Positions 30,001 through 45,000 of a stretch of DNA of 64,000 nt are shown here, piece after piece. The stretch lies in NCBI GenBank assembly GCA_964016885.1, contig OZ024742.1, positions 371,194,001 through 371,258,000 of the forward strand. Reading direction: 5' to 3'. The position numbers and the translations under genes are program-made. The stretch's first letter is position 1. Each line of letters starts with the position of its first letter. The notes under the pieces are model-generated. The model worked only from the letters and a program-made list of their open reading frames with translations. It had not been told where the DNA came from and did not search any database. This DNA comes from Eledone cirrhosa (Eukaryota).

Positions 30001-33000
30001 CAGTGTCCTTCATTAGAAATATGGTAATGAAAAGGTTAATGACATAAACAGTGTCTTTCATTAGTAATATGGTAATGAAAGGGTTAATGACATAGACAGT
30101 GTCTTTCGTTAGAAATATTGCAATGAAAGGGTTAATGAAATAGACAGTCTTTCGTTAGAAATATTGCAATGAAAGGGTTAATGAAATAGACAGTGTCTTT
30201 CTTGAGAAATATGGTAATGAAAGGGTTAATGACATAAAGTGTCTTTCTTTAGAAATGTGTTAATGAAAGGGTTAATGACATAAACAGTCTCTTTCATTAG
30301 AAATATGGTAATGAAAGGGTTAATGACATAAACTGTCTTTCTTTAGAAATATGTTAATGAAAGGGTTAATGACATAGACAGTGTCTTTCATTAGAAATAT
30401 GGTAATGAAAGGGTTAATGACATAAACTGTCTTTCATTAGAAATATGGTAATGAAAGGGTTATTGACAGTGTCTTTCATTAGAAATATGGTAATGAAAGG
30501 GTTATTGACAGTGTCTTTCATTAGAAATATGGTAATGAAAGGGTTAATGACATAAACAGTGTCTTTCATTACAGATATGGAAATGAAAGGGTTAATGACA
30601 TACTGTATCTTTCATTAGAAATATGGTAATGAAAGCGTTAATGACATAAACAGGGTCTTTCATTAGAAATATGGTAATGAAAGGGTTAATGACAGAAACA
30701 GTGTCTTTCATTAGAAATATGGTAATGAAAGGGTTAATGACATAAACAGTGTTTTTCTTGAGAAATATGGTAATGAAAGGTTTAATGACATACAGGATAT
30801 TTCATTAGAAATATGGTAATGAAAGGGTTAATGACATAAACAGGGTCTTTCATTAGAAATATGGTAATGAAAGGGTTAATGATATAGACAGTGTCTTTCA
30901 TTAGAAATATGGTAATGAAAAGGTTAATGACATAGACAGTGTCTTTCATTAGAAATATGGTAATGAAAGGGTTCATGACATAGGCAGTGTCTTTCATTAG
31001 AAATATGGTAATGAAAGAGTTAATGACATAGACAGTGTCTTTCGTTAGAAATATGGCAATGAAAGCGTTAATGAAATAGACAGTCTTTCTTGAGAAATAT
31101 GGTAATGAAAGGGTTAATGACATAAAGTGTCTTTCTTGAGAAATATGGTAATGAAAGGGTTAATGACATAAACTGTCTTTCATTAGAAATATGGTAATGA
31201 AAGGGTTATTGACAGTGTCTTTCATTAGAAATATGGTAATGAAAGGGTTAATGACATAAACAGGGTCTTTCATTAGAGATATGGTAATGAAAGGGTTAAT
31301 GACATAAACAGGGTCTTTCATTAGAAATGTGTTAATGAAAGGGTTAATGACATAAACAGTCTCTTTCATTAGAAATATGGTAATGAAAGGGTTAATGACA
31401 TAAACTGTCTTTCTTTAGAAATATGGTAATGAAAGGGTTAATGACATAAAGTGTCTTTCTTTAGAAATGTGTTAATGAAAGGGTTAATGACATAAACAGT
31501 CTCTTTCATTAGAAATATGGTAATGAAAGGGTTAATGACATAAACTGTCTTTCTTTAGAAATATGATAATGAAAGGGTTAATGACATAAACAGTGTCTTT
31601 CATTAGAAATATGGTAATGAAAGAGTTAATGACATAGACAGTGTCTTTCATTAGAAATATGGTAATGAAAGGGTTGATGACATAGACAGTGTCCTTCATT
31701 AGAAATATGGTAATGAAAAGGTTAATGACATAAACAGTGTCTTTCATTAGTAATATGGTAATGAAAGGGTTAATGACATAGACAGTGTCTTTCGTTAGAA
31801 ATATGGTAATGAAAGGGTTCATGACATAGACAGTGTCTTTCATTAGAAATATGGTAATGAAAGGGTTAATGACATAAACAGTGTCTTTCATTAGAAATAT
31901 GGTAATGAAAGGGTTAATGACATAAACAGGGTCTTTCATTAGAAATATGGTAATGAAAGGGTTAATGATATAGACAGTGTCTTTCATAAGAAATATGGTT
32001 ATGAAGGGTTAATGACATAAACAGTGTCTTTCATTAGAAATATAGTAATGAAAGGGTTAATGACATAGACAGTGTCTTTCATTAGAAATATGGTAATGAA
32101 AGGGTTAATGACATAAACTGTCTTTCATTAGAAATATGGTAATGAAAGGGTTAATGACATAAACAGGGTCTTTCATTAGAAATATGGTAATGAAAGGGTT
32201 AATGACATACAGTATCTTTCATTAGAAATATGGTAATGAAAGCGTTAATGACATATACAGGGTCTTTCATTAGAAATATGGTAATGAAAGAGTTAATGAC
32301 ATAGACAGTGTCTTTCATTAGAAATATGGTAATGAAAGGGTTAATGACAGTGTCTTTCATTAGAAATATGATAATGAAAGGGTTAATGACATAAACAGTG
32401 TCTTTCATTAGAAATATGGTAATGAAAGAGTTAATGACATAGACAGTGTCTTTCATTAGAAATATGGTAATGAAAGGGTTGATGACATAGACAGTGTCCT
32501 TCATTAGAAATATGGTAATGAAAAGGTTAATGACATAAACAGTGTCTTTCATTAGTAATATGGTAATGAAAGGGTTAATGACATAGACAGTGTCTTTCGT
32601 TAGAAATATTGCAATGAAAGGGTTAATGAAATAGACAGTCTTTCGTTAGAAATATTGCAATGAAAGGGTTAATGAAATAGACAGTGTCTTTCTTGAGAAA
32701 TATGGTAATGAAAGGGTTAATGACATAAAGTGTCTTTCTTTAGAAATGTGTTAATGAAAGGGTTAATGACATAAACAGTCTCTTTCATTAGAAATATGGT
32801 AATGAAAGGGTTAATGACATAAACTGTCTTTCTTTAGAAATATGTTAATGAAAGGGTTAATGACATAGACAGTGTCTTTCATTAGAAATATGGTAATGAA
32901 AGGGTTAATGACATAGACAATGTCTTTCATTAGAAATATGGTAATGAAAGGGTTAATGACATAAACTGTCTTTCATTAGAAATATGGTAATGAAAGGGTT

Positions 33001-36000
33001 ATTGACAGTGTCTTTCATTAGAAATATGGTAATGAAAGGGTTAATGACATAAACAGTGTCTTTCATTACAGATATGGAAATGAAAGGGTTAATGACATAC
33101 TGTATCTTTCATTAGAAATATGGTAATGAAAGCGTTAATGACATAAACAGGGTCTTTCATTAGAAATATGGTAATGAAAGGGTTAATGACAGAAACAGTG
33201 TCTTTCATTAGAAATATGGTAATGAAAGGGTTAATGACATAAACAGTGTTTTTCTTGAGAAATATGGTAATGAAAGGTTTAATGACATACAGGATATTTC
33301 ATTAGAAATATGGTAATGAAAGGGTTAATGACATAAACAGGGTCTTTCATTAGAAATATGGTAATGAAAGGGTTAATGATATAGACAGTGTCTTTCATTA
33401 GAAATATGGTAATGAAAAGGTTAATGACATAGACAGTGTCTTTCATTAGAAATATGGTAATGAAAGGGTTCATGACATAGGCAGTGTCTTTCATTAGAAA
33501 TATGGTAATGAAAGAGTTAATGACATAGACAGTGTCCTTCATTAGAAATATGGTAATGAAAAGGTTAATGACATAAACGGTGTCTTTCATTAGTAATATG
33601 GTAATGAAAGGGTTAATGACATAGACAGTGTCTTTCGTTAGAAATATGGCAATGAAAGCGTTAATGAAATAGACAGTCTTTCTTGAGAAATATGGTAATG
33701 AAAGGGTTAATGACATAAAGTGTCTTTCTTGAGAAATATGGTAATGAAAGGGTTAATGACATAAACTGTCTTTCATTAGAAATATGGTACTGAAAGGGTT
33801 AATGACATAAACAGGGTCTTTCATTAGAAATATGGTAATGAAAGGGTTAATGACAGTGTCTTTCATTAGAAATATGATAATGAAAGGGTTAATGACATAA
33901 ACAGTGTCTTTCATTAGAAATATGGTAATGAAAGAGTTAATGACATAGACAGTGTCTTTCATTAGAAATATGGTAATGAAAGGGTTGATGACATAGACAG
34001 TGTCCTTCATTAGAAATATGGTAATGAAAAGGTTAATGACATAAACAGTGTCTTTCATTAGTAATATGGTAATGAAAGGGTTAATGACATAGACAGTGTC
34101 TTTCGTTAGAAATATGGTAATGAAAGGGTTCATGACATAGACAGTGTCTTTCATTAGAAATATGGTAATGAAAGGGTTAATGACATAAACAGTGTCTTTC
34201 ATTAGAAATATGGTAATGAAAGGGTTAATGACATAAACAGGGTCTTTCATTAGAAATATGGTAATGAAAGGGTTAATGATATAGACAGTGTCTTTCATAA
34301 GAAATATGGTTATGAAGGGTTAATGACATAAACAGTGTCTTTCATTAGAAATATAGTAATGAAAGGGTTAATGACATAGACAGTGTCTTTCATTAGAAAT
34401 ATGGTAATGAAAGGGTTAATGACATAAACTGTCTTTCATTAGAAATATGGTAATGAAAGGGTTAATGACAGTGTCTTTCATTAGAAATATGGTAATGAAA
34501 GGGTTAATGATATAAACAGTTGTCTTTCATTAGAAATATGATAATGAAAGAGTTAATGACATAGACAGTGTCTTTCATTAGAAATATGGTAATGAAAGGG
34601 TTAATGACATAAACAGGGTCTTTCGTTAGAAATATGGCAATGAAAGCGTTAATGAAATAGACAGTCTTTCTTGAGAAATATGGTAATGAAAGGGTTAATG
34701 ACATAAAGTGTCTTTCTTGAGAAATATGGTAATGAAAGGGTTAATGACATAAACTGTCTTTCATTAGAAATATGGTAATGAAAGGGTTATTGACAGTGTC
34801 TTTCATTAGAAATATGGTAATGAAAGGGTTAATGACATAAACAGGGTCTTTCATTAGAGATATGGTAATGAAAGGGTTAATGACATAAACAGGGTCTTTC
34901 ATTAGAAATATGGTAATGAAAGGGTTAATGACATAAACAGTGTCTTTCATTAGAAATATGGTAATGAAAGGGTTCATGACATAGACAGTGTCTTTCATTA
35001 GAGATATGGTAATGAAAGGGTTAATGACATAAACAGTGTCTTTCATTAGAAATATGGTAATGAAAGGGTTAATGACATAAACAGGGTCTTTCATTAGAAA
35101 TATGGTAATGAAAGGGTTAATGATATAGACAGTGTCTTTCATAAGAAATATGGTTATGAAGGGTTAATGACATAAACAGTGTCTTTCATTAGAAATATAG
35201 TAATGAAAGGGTTCATGACATAGACAGTGTCTTTCATTAGAAATATAGTAATGAAAGGGTTCATGACATAGACAGTGTCTTTCATTAGAAATATGGTAAT
35301 GAAAGGGTTAATGACATAAACAGTGTCTTTCATTAGAAATATGGTAATGAAAGGGTTAATGACAGTGTCTTTCATTAGAAATATGGTAATGAAAGGGTTA
35401 ATGACAGTGTCTTTCATTAGAAATATGGTAATGAAAGGGTTAATGACATAAACAGTTGTCTTTCATTAGAAATATGGTAATGAATGAGTTAATGACATAG
35501 ACAGTGTCTTTCATTAGAAATATGGTAATGAAAGGGTTAATGACATAAACTGTCTTTCATTAGAAATATGGTAATGAAAGGGTTAATGACATAAACAGGG
35601 TCTTTCATTAGAAATATGGTAATGAAAGGGTTAATGATATAGACAGTGTCTTTCATTAGAAATATGGTAATGAAAGGGTTTATGACATAGACAGTGTCTT
35701 TCATTAGAAATATGGTAATGAAAGGGTTAATGACATAAACAGCGTCTTTCATTAGAAATATGGTAATGAAAGGGTTAATGATATAGACAGTGTCTTTCAT
35801 TAGAAATATGATAATGAAAGGGTTAATGACATAAACTGTCTTTCATTAGAAATATGGTAATGAAAGGGTTAATGACAGTGTCTTTCATTAGAAATATGGT
35901 AATGAAAGAGTTAATGACATAGACAGTGTCTTTCATTAGAAATATGGTAATGAAAGGGTTAATGACATAAACTGTCTTTCATTAGAAATATGGTAATGAA

Positions 36001-39000
36001 AGGGTTAATGACATAAACAGTCTTTCATTAGAAATATGGTAATGAAAGGGTTAATGACATAAACAGTCTTTCATTACAAATATGGTAATGAAAGGGTTCA
36101 TGACATAAACAGGGTCTTACATTAGAAATATGGTAATGAAAGGGTTCATGACATAGACAGTGTCTTTCATTAGAAATATGGTAATGAAAGGGTTAATGAC
36201 ATAAACAGTGTCTTTCATTAGAAATATGGTAATGAAAGGGTTAATGACATAAACAGTGTCTTTCATTAGAAATATGGTAATGAAAGGGGTAATGATATGG
36301 TCAGTGTCTTTCATTAGAAATATAGTAATGAAAGGGTTAATGACATAAACAGGGTCTTTCATTAGAAATATGATAATGAAAGGGTTAATGACAGTGTCTT
36401 TCATTAGAAATATGGTAATGAAAGGGTTAATGAAATAAACAGTTGTCTTTCATTAGAAATATGGTAATGAAAGAGTTAATGACATAGACAGTGTCTTTCA
36501 TTAGAAATATGGTAATGAAAGGGTTAATGACATAAACTGTCTTTCATTAGAAATATGGTAATGAAAGGGTTAATGACAGTGTCTTTCATTAGAAATATAG
36601 TAATGAAAGGGTTAATGACATAAACAGGGTCTTTCATTAGAAATATGGTAATGAAAGGGTTAATGACGGAAACGGTGTCTTTCATTAGAAATATGGTAAT
36701 GAAAGGGTTAATGACATACAGTATCTTTCATTAGAAATATGGTAATGAAAGCGTTAATGACATATACAGGGTCTTTCATTAGAAATATGGTAATGAAAGG
36801 GTTAATGATATAGACAGTGTCTTTCATTAGAAATATGGTAATGAAAGGGTTAATGACATAGACAGTGTCTTTCATTAGAAATATGGTAATGAAAGGGTTA
36901 ATGACAGTGTCTTTCATTAGAAATATGGTAATGAAAGGGTTAATGACATAAACTGTCTTTCATTAGAAATATGGTAATGAAAGGGTTAATGACAGTGTCT
37001 TTCATTAGAAATATGGTAATGAAAGGGTTAATGACATAGACAGTGTCTTTCATTAGAAATATGGTAATGAAAGGGTTAATGACATAAACTGTCTTTCATT
37101 AGAAATATGGTAATGAAAGGGTTATTGACATAAACTGTCTTTCATTAGAAATATGGTAATGAAAGGGTTAATGACAGTGTCTTTCATTAGAAATATGATA
37201 ATGAAAGGGTTAATGACATAGACAGTGTCTTTCATTAGAAATATGGTAATGAAAGGGTTGATGACATAGACAGTGTCCTTCATTAGAAATATGGTAATGA
37301 AAAGGTTAATGACATAAACAGTGTCTTTCATTAGTAATATGGTAATGAAAGGGTTAATGACATAAACAGTTGTCTTTCATTAGAAATATGGTAATGAAAG
37401 AGTTAATGACATAGACAGTGTCTTTCATTAGAAATATGGTAATGAAAGGGTTAATGACATAAACTGTCTTTCATTAGAAATATGGTAATGAAAGGGTTAA
37501 TGACAGTGTCTTTCATTAGAAATATGGTAATGAAAGGGTTAATGACATAGACAATGTCTTTCATTAGAAATATGGTAATGAAAGGGTTAATGACATAAAC
37601 TGTCTTTCATTAGAAATATGGTAATGAAAGGGTTATTGACAGTGTCTTTCATTAGAAATATGGTAATGAAAGGGTTAATGACATAAACAGTGTCTTTCAT
37701 TACAGATATGGAAATGAAAGGGTTAATGACATACTGTATCTTTCATTAGAAATATAGTAATGAAAGCGTTAATGACATAAACAGGGTCTTTCATTAGAAA
37801 TATGGTAATGAAAGGGTTAATGACAGAAACAGTGTCTTTCATTAGAAATATGGTAATGAAAGGGTTAATGACATAAACAGTGTTTTTCTTGAGAAATATG
37901 GTAATGAAAGGTTTAATGACATACAGGATATTTCATTAGAAATATGGTAATGAAAGGGTTAATGATATAGACAGTGTCTTTCATTAGAAATATGGTAATG
38001 AAAAGGTTAATGACATAGACAGTGTCTTTCATTAGAAATATGGTAATGAAAGGGTTCATGACATAGGCAGTGTCTTTCATTAGAAATATGGTAATGAAAG
38101 AGTTAATGACATAGACAGTGTCCTTCATTAGAAATATGGTAATGAAAAGGTTAATGACATAAACGGTGTCTTTCATTAGTAATATGGTAATGAAAGAGTT
38201 AATGACATAGACAGTGTCTTTCATTAGAAATATGGTAATGAAAGGGTTAATGACATAAACTGTCTTTCATTAGAAATATGGTAATGAAAGGGTTATTGAC
38301 AGTGTCTTTCATTAGAAATATGGTAATGAAAGGGTTAATGACATAAACAGGGTCTTTCATTAGAGATATGGTAATGAAAGGGTTAATGACATAAACAGGG
38401 TCTTTCATTAGAAATATGGTAATGAAAGGGTTAATGACATAAACTGTCTTTCATTAGAAATATGGTAATGAAAGGGTTAATGACATAAACAGTGTCTTTC
38501 ATTAGAAATATGGTAATGAAAGGGTTCATGACATAGACAGTGTCTTTCATTAGAAATATGGTAATGAAAGGGTTAATGACATAAACAGAGTCTTTCATTA
38601 GAAATATGGTACTGAAAGGGTTAATGACATAAACAGGGTCTTTCATTAGAAATATGGTAATGAAAGGGTTAATGATATAGACAGTGTCTTTCATAAGAAA
38701 TATGGTTATGAAGGGTTAATGACATAAACAGTGTCTTTCATTAGAAATATAGTAATGAAAGGGTTAATGACATAGACAGTGTCTTTCATTAGAAATATGG
38801 TAATGAAAGGGTTAATGACATAAACTGTCTTTCATTAGAAATATGGTAATGAAAGGGTTAATGACAGTGTCTTTCATTAGAAATATGGTAATGAAAGGGT
38901 TAATGACATAAACAGTTGTCTTTCATTAGAAATATGGTAATGAAAGAGTTAATGACATAGACAGTGTCTTTCATTAGAAATATGGTAATGAAAGGGTTAA

Positions 39001-42000
39001 TGACATAAACTGTCTTTCATTAGAAATATGGTAATGAAAGGGTTAATGACATAAACAGGGTCTTTCATTAGAAATATGGTAATGAAAGGGTTAATGACAT
39101 ACAGTATCTTTCATTAGAAATATGGTAATGAAAGGGTTAATGACATAAACAGGGTCCTTCATTAGAAATATGGTAATGAAAGGGTTAATGACATAAACAG
39201 TTGTCTTTCATTAGAAATATGGTAATGAAAGAGTTAATGACATAGACAGTGTCTTTCATTAGAAATATGGTAATGAAAGGGTTGATGACATAGACAGTGT
39301 CCTTCATTAGAAATATGGTAATGAAAAGGTTAATGACATAAACAGTGTCTTTCATTAGTAATATGGTAATGAAAGGGTTAATGACATAGACAGTGTCTTT
39401 CGTTAGAAATATTGCAATGAAAGGGTTAATGAAATAGACAGTGTCTTTCGTTAGAAATATTGCAATGAAAGGGTTAATGAAATAGACAGTGTCTTTCTTG
39501 AGAAATATGGTAATGAAAGGGTTAATGACATAAAGTGTCTTTCTTTAGAAATGTGTTAATGAAAGGGTTAATGACATAAACAGTCTCTTTCATTAGAAAT
39601 ATGGTAATGAAAGGGTTAATGACATAAACTGTCTTTCTTTAGAAATATGATAATGAAAGGGTTAATGACATAAACAGTGTCTTTCATTAGAAATATGGTA
39701 ATGAAAGAGTTAATGACATAGACAGTGTCTTTCATTAGAAATATGGTAATGAAAGGGTTGATGACATAGACAGTGTCCTTCATTAGAAATATGGTAATGA
39801 AAAGGTTAATGACATAAACAGTGTCTTTCATTAGTAATATGGTAATGAAAGGGTTAATGACATAGACATTGCCTTTCGTTAGAAATATGGTAATGAAAGG
39901 GTTCATGACATAGACAGTGTCTTTCATTAGAAATATGGTAATGAAAGGGTTAATGACATAAACAGTGTCTTTCATTAGAAATATGGTAATGAAAGGGTTA
40001 ATGACATAAACAGGGTCTTTCATTAGAAATATGGTAATGAAAGGGTTAATGATATAGACAGTGTCTTTCATAAGAAATATGGTTATGAAGGGTTAATGAC
40101 ATAAACAGTGTCTTTCATTAGAAATATAGTAATGAAAGGGTTAATGACATAGACAGTGTCTTTCATTAGAAATATGGTAATGAAAGGGTTAATGACAGTG
40201 TCTTTCATTAGAAATATGGTAATGAAAGGGTTAATGACATAAACAGTTGTCTTTCATTAGAAATATGATAATGAAAGAGTTAATGACATAGACAGTGTCT
40301 TTCATTAGAAATATGGTAATGAAAGGGTTAATGACATAAACTGTCTTTCATTAGAAATATGGTAATGAAAGGGTTAATGACATAAACAGGGTCTTTCATT
40401 AGAAATATGGTAATGAAAGGGTTAATGACATACAGTATCTTTCATTAGAAATATGGTAATGAAAGCGTTAATGACATATACAGGGTCTTTCATTAGAAAT
40501 ATGGTAATGAAAGAGTTAATGACATAGACAGTGTCTTTCATTAGAAATATGGTAATGAAAGGGTTAATGACAGTGTCTTTCATTAGAAATATGATAATGA
40601 AAGGGTTAATGACATAAACAGTGTCTTTCATTAGAAATATGGTAATGAAAGAGTTAATGACATAGACAGTGTCTTTCATTAGAAATATGGTAATGAAAGG
40701 GTTGATGACATAGACAGTGTCCTTCATTAGAAATATGGTAATGAAAAGGTTAATGACATAAACAGTGTCTTTCATTAGTAATATGGTAATGAAAGGGTTA
40801 ATGACATAGACAGTGTCTTTCGTTAGAAATATTGCAATGAAAGGGTTAATGAAATAGACAGTCTTTCGTTAGAAATATTGCAATGAAAGGGTTAATGAAA
40901 TAGACAGTGTCTTTCTTGAGAAATATGGTAATGAAAGGGTTAATGACATAAAGTGTCTTTCTTTAGAAATGTGTTAATGAAAGGGTTAATGACATAAACA
41001 GTCTCTTTCATTAGAAATATGGTAATGAAAGGGTTAATGACATAAACTGTCTTTCTTTAGAAATATGTTAATGAAAGGGTTAATGACATAGACAGTGTCT
41101 TTCATTAGAAATATGGTAATGAAAGGGTTAATGACATAAACTGTCTTTCATTAGAAATATGGTAATGAAAGGGTTATTGACAGTGTCTTTCATTAGAAAT
41201 ATGGTAATGAAAGGGTTATTGACAGTGTCTTTCATTAGAAATATGGTAATGAAAGGGTTAATGACATAAACAGTGTCTTTCATTACAGATATGGAAATGA
41301 AAGGGTTAATGACATACTGTATCTTTCATTAGAAATATGGTAATGAAAGCGTTAATGACATAAACAGGGTCTTTCATTAGAAATATGGTAATGAAAGGGT
41401 TAATGACAGAAACAGTGTCTTTCATTAGAAATATGGTAATGAAAGGGTTAATGACATAAACAGTGTTTTTCTTGAGAAATATGGTAATGAAAGGTTTAAT
41501 GACATACAGGATATTTCATTAGAAATATGGTAATGAAAGGGTTAATGACATAAACAGGGTCTTTCATTAGAAATATGGTAATGAAAGGGTTAATGATATA
41601 GACAGTGTCTTTCATTAGAAATATGGTAATGAAAAGGTTAATGACATAGACAGTGTCTTTCATTAGAAATATGGTAATGAAAGGGTTCATGACATAGGCA
41701 GTGTCTTTCATTAGAAATATGGTAATGAAAGAGTTAATGACATAGACAGTGTCTTTCGTTAGAAATATGGCAATGAAAGCGTTAATGAAATAGACAGTCT
41801 TTCTTGAGAAATATGGTAATGAAAGGGTTAATGACATAAAGTGTCTTTCTTGAGAAATATGGTAATGAAAGGGTTAATGACATAAACTGTCTTTCATTAG
41901 AAATATGGTAATGAAAGGGTTATTGACAGTGTCTTTCATTAGAAATATGGTAATGAAAGGGTTAATGACATAAACAGGGTCTTTCATTAGAGATATGGTA

Positions 42001-45000
42001 ATGAAAGGGTTAATGACATAAACAGGGTCTTTCATTAGAAATGTGTTAATGAAAGGGTTAATGACATAAACAGTCTCTTTCATTAGAAATATGGTAATGA
42101 AAGGGTTAATGACATAAACTGTCTTTCTTTAGAAATATGGTAATGAAAGGGTTAATGACATAAAGTGTCTTTCTTTAGAAATGTGTTAATGAAAGGGTTA
42201 ATGACATAAACAGTCTCTTTCATTAGAAATATGGTAATGAAAGGGTTAATGACATAAACTGTCTTTCTTTAGAAATATGATAATGAAAGGGTTAATGACA
42301 TAAACAGTGTCTTTCATTAGAAATATGGTAATGAAAGAGTTAATGACATAGACAGTGTCTTTCATTAGAAATATGGTAATGAAAGGGTTGATGACATAGA
42401 CAGTGTCCTTCATTAGAAATATGGTAATGAAAAGGTTAATGACATAAACAGTGTCTTTCATTAGTAATATGGTAATGAAAGGGTTAATGACATAGACAGT
42501 GTCTTTCGTTAGAAATATGGTAATGAAAGGGTTCATGACATAGACAGTGTCTTTCATTAGAAATATGGTAATGAAAGGGTTAATGACATAAACAGTGTCT
42601 TTCATTAGAAATATGGTAATGAAAGGGTTAATGACATAAACAGGGTCTTTCATTAGAAATATGGTAATGAAAGGGTTAATGATATAGACAGTGTCTTTCA
42701 TAAGAAATATGGTTATGAAGGGTTAATGACATAAACAGTGTCTTTCATTAGAAATATAGTAATGAAAGGGTTAATGACATAGACAGTGTCTTTCATTAGA
42801 AATATGGTAATGAAAGGGTTAATGACATAAACTGTCTTTCATTAGAAATATGGTAATGAAAGGGTTAATGACATAAACAGGGTCTTTCATTAGAAATATG
42901 GTAATGAAAGGGTTAATGACATACAGTATCTTTCATTAGAAATATGGTAATGAAAGCGTTAATGACATATACAGGGTCTTTCATTAGAAATATGGTAATG
43001 AAAGAGTTAATGACATAGACAGTGTCTTTCATTAGAAATATGGTAATGAAAGGGTTAATGACAGTGTCTTTCATTAGAAATATGATAATGAAAGGGTTAA
43101 TGACATAAACAGTGTCTTTCATTAGAAATATGGTAATGAAAGAGTTAATGACATAGACAGTGTCTTTCATTAGAAATATGGTAATGAAAGGGTTGATGAC
43201 ATAGACAGTGTCCTTCATTAGAAATATGGTAATGAAAAGGTTAATGACATAAACAGTGTCTTTCATTAGTAATATGGTAATGAAAGGGTTAATGACATAG
43301 ACAGTGTCTTTCGTTAGAAATATTGCAATGAAAGGGTTAATGAAATAGACAGTCTTTCGTTAGAAATATTGCAATGAAAGGGTTAATGAAATAGACAGTG
43401 TCTTTCTTGAGAAATATGGTAATGAAAGGGTTAATGACATAAAGTGTCTTTCTTTAGAAATGTGTTAATGAAAGGGTTAATGACATAAACAGTCTCTTTC
43501 ATTAGAAATATGGTAATGAAAGGGTTAATGACATAAACTGTCTTTCTTTAGAAATATGTTAATGAAAGGGTTAATGACATAGACAGTGTCTTTCATTAGA
43601 AATATGGTAATGAAAGGGTTAATGACATAGACAATGTCTTTCATTAGAAATATGGTAATGAAAGGGTTAATGACATAAACTGTCTTTCATTAGAAATATG
43701 GTAATGAAAGGGTTATTGACAGTGTCTTTCATTAGAAATATGGTAATGAAAGGGTTAATGACATAAACAGTGTCTTTCATTACAGATATGGAAATGAAAG
43801 GGTTAATGACATACTGTATCTTTCATTAGAAATATGGTAATGAAAGCGTTAATGACATAAACAGGGTCTTTCATTAGAAATATGGTAATGAAAGGGTTAA
43901 TGACAGAAACAGTGTCTTTCATTAGAAATATGGTAATGAAAGGGTTAATGACATAAACAGTGTTTTTCTTGAGAAATATGGTAATGAAAGGTTTAATGAC
44001 ATACAGGATATTTCATTAGAAATATGGTAATGAAAGGGTTAATGACATAAACAGGGTCTTTCATTAGAAATATGGTAATGAAAGGGTTAATGATATAGAC
44101 AGTGTCTTTCATTAGAAATATGGTAATGAAAAGGTTAATGACATAGACAGTGTCTTTCATTAGAAATATGGTAATGAAAGGGTTCATGACATAGGCAGTG
44201 TCTTTCATTAGAAATATGGTAATGAAAGAGTTAATGACATAGACAGTGTCCTTCATTAGAAATATGGTAATGAAAAGGTTAATGACATAAACGGTGTCTT
44301 TCATTAGTAATATGGTAATGAAAGGGTTAATGACATAGACAGTGTCTTTCGTTAGAAATATGGCAATGAAAGCGTTAATGAAATAGACAGTCTTTCTTGA
44401 GAAATATGGTAATGAAAGGGTTAATGACATAAAGTGTCTTTCTTGAGAAATATGGTAATGAAAGGGTTAATGACATAAACTGTCTTTCATTAGAAATATG
44501 GTACTGAAAGGGTTAATGACATAAACAGGGTCTTTCATTAGAAATATGGTAATGAAAGGGTTAATGATATAGACAGTGTCTTTCATAAGAAATATGGTTA
44601 TGAAGGGTTAATGACATAAACAGTGTCTTTCATTAGAAATATAGTAATGAAAGGGTTAATGACATAGACAGTGTCTTTCATTAGAAATATGGTAATGAAA
44701 GGGTTAATGACATAAACTGTCTTCCATTAGAAATATGGTAATGAAAGGGTTAATGACAGTGTCTTTCATTAGAAATATGGTAATGAAAGGGTTAATGACA
44801 TAAACAGTTGTCTTTCATGAGAAATATGGTAATGAAAGAGTTAATGACATAGACAGTGTCTTTCATTAGAAATATGGTAATGAAAGGGTTAATGACATAA
44901 ACCGTCTTTCATTAGAAATATGGTAATGAAAGGGTTAATGACATAAACAGGGTCTTTCATTAGAAATATGGTAATGAAAGGGTTAATGACATACAGTATC

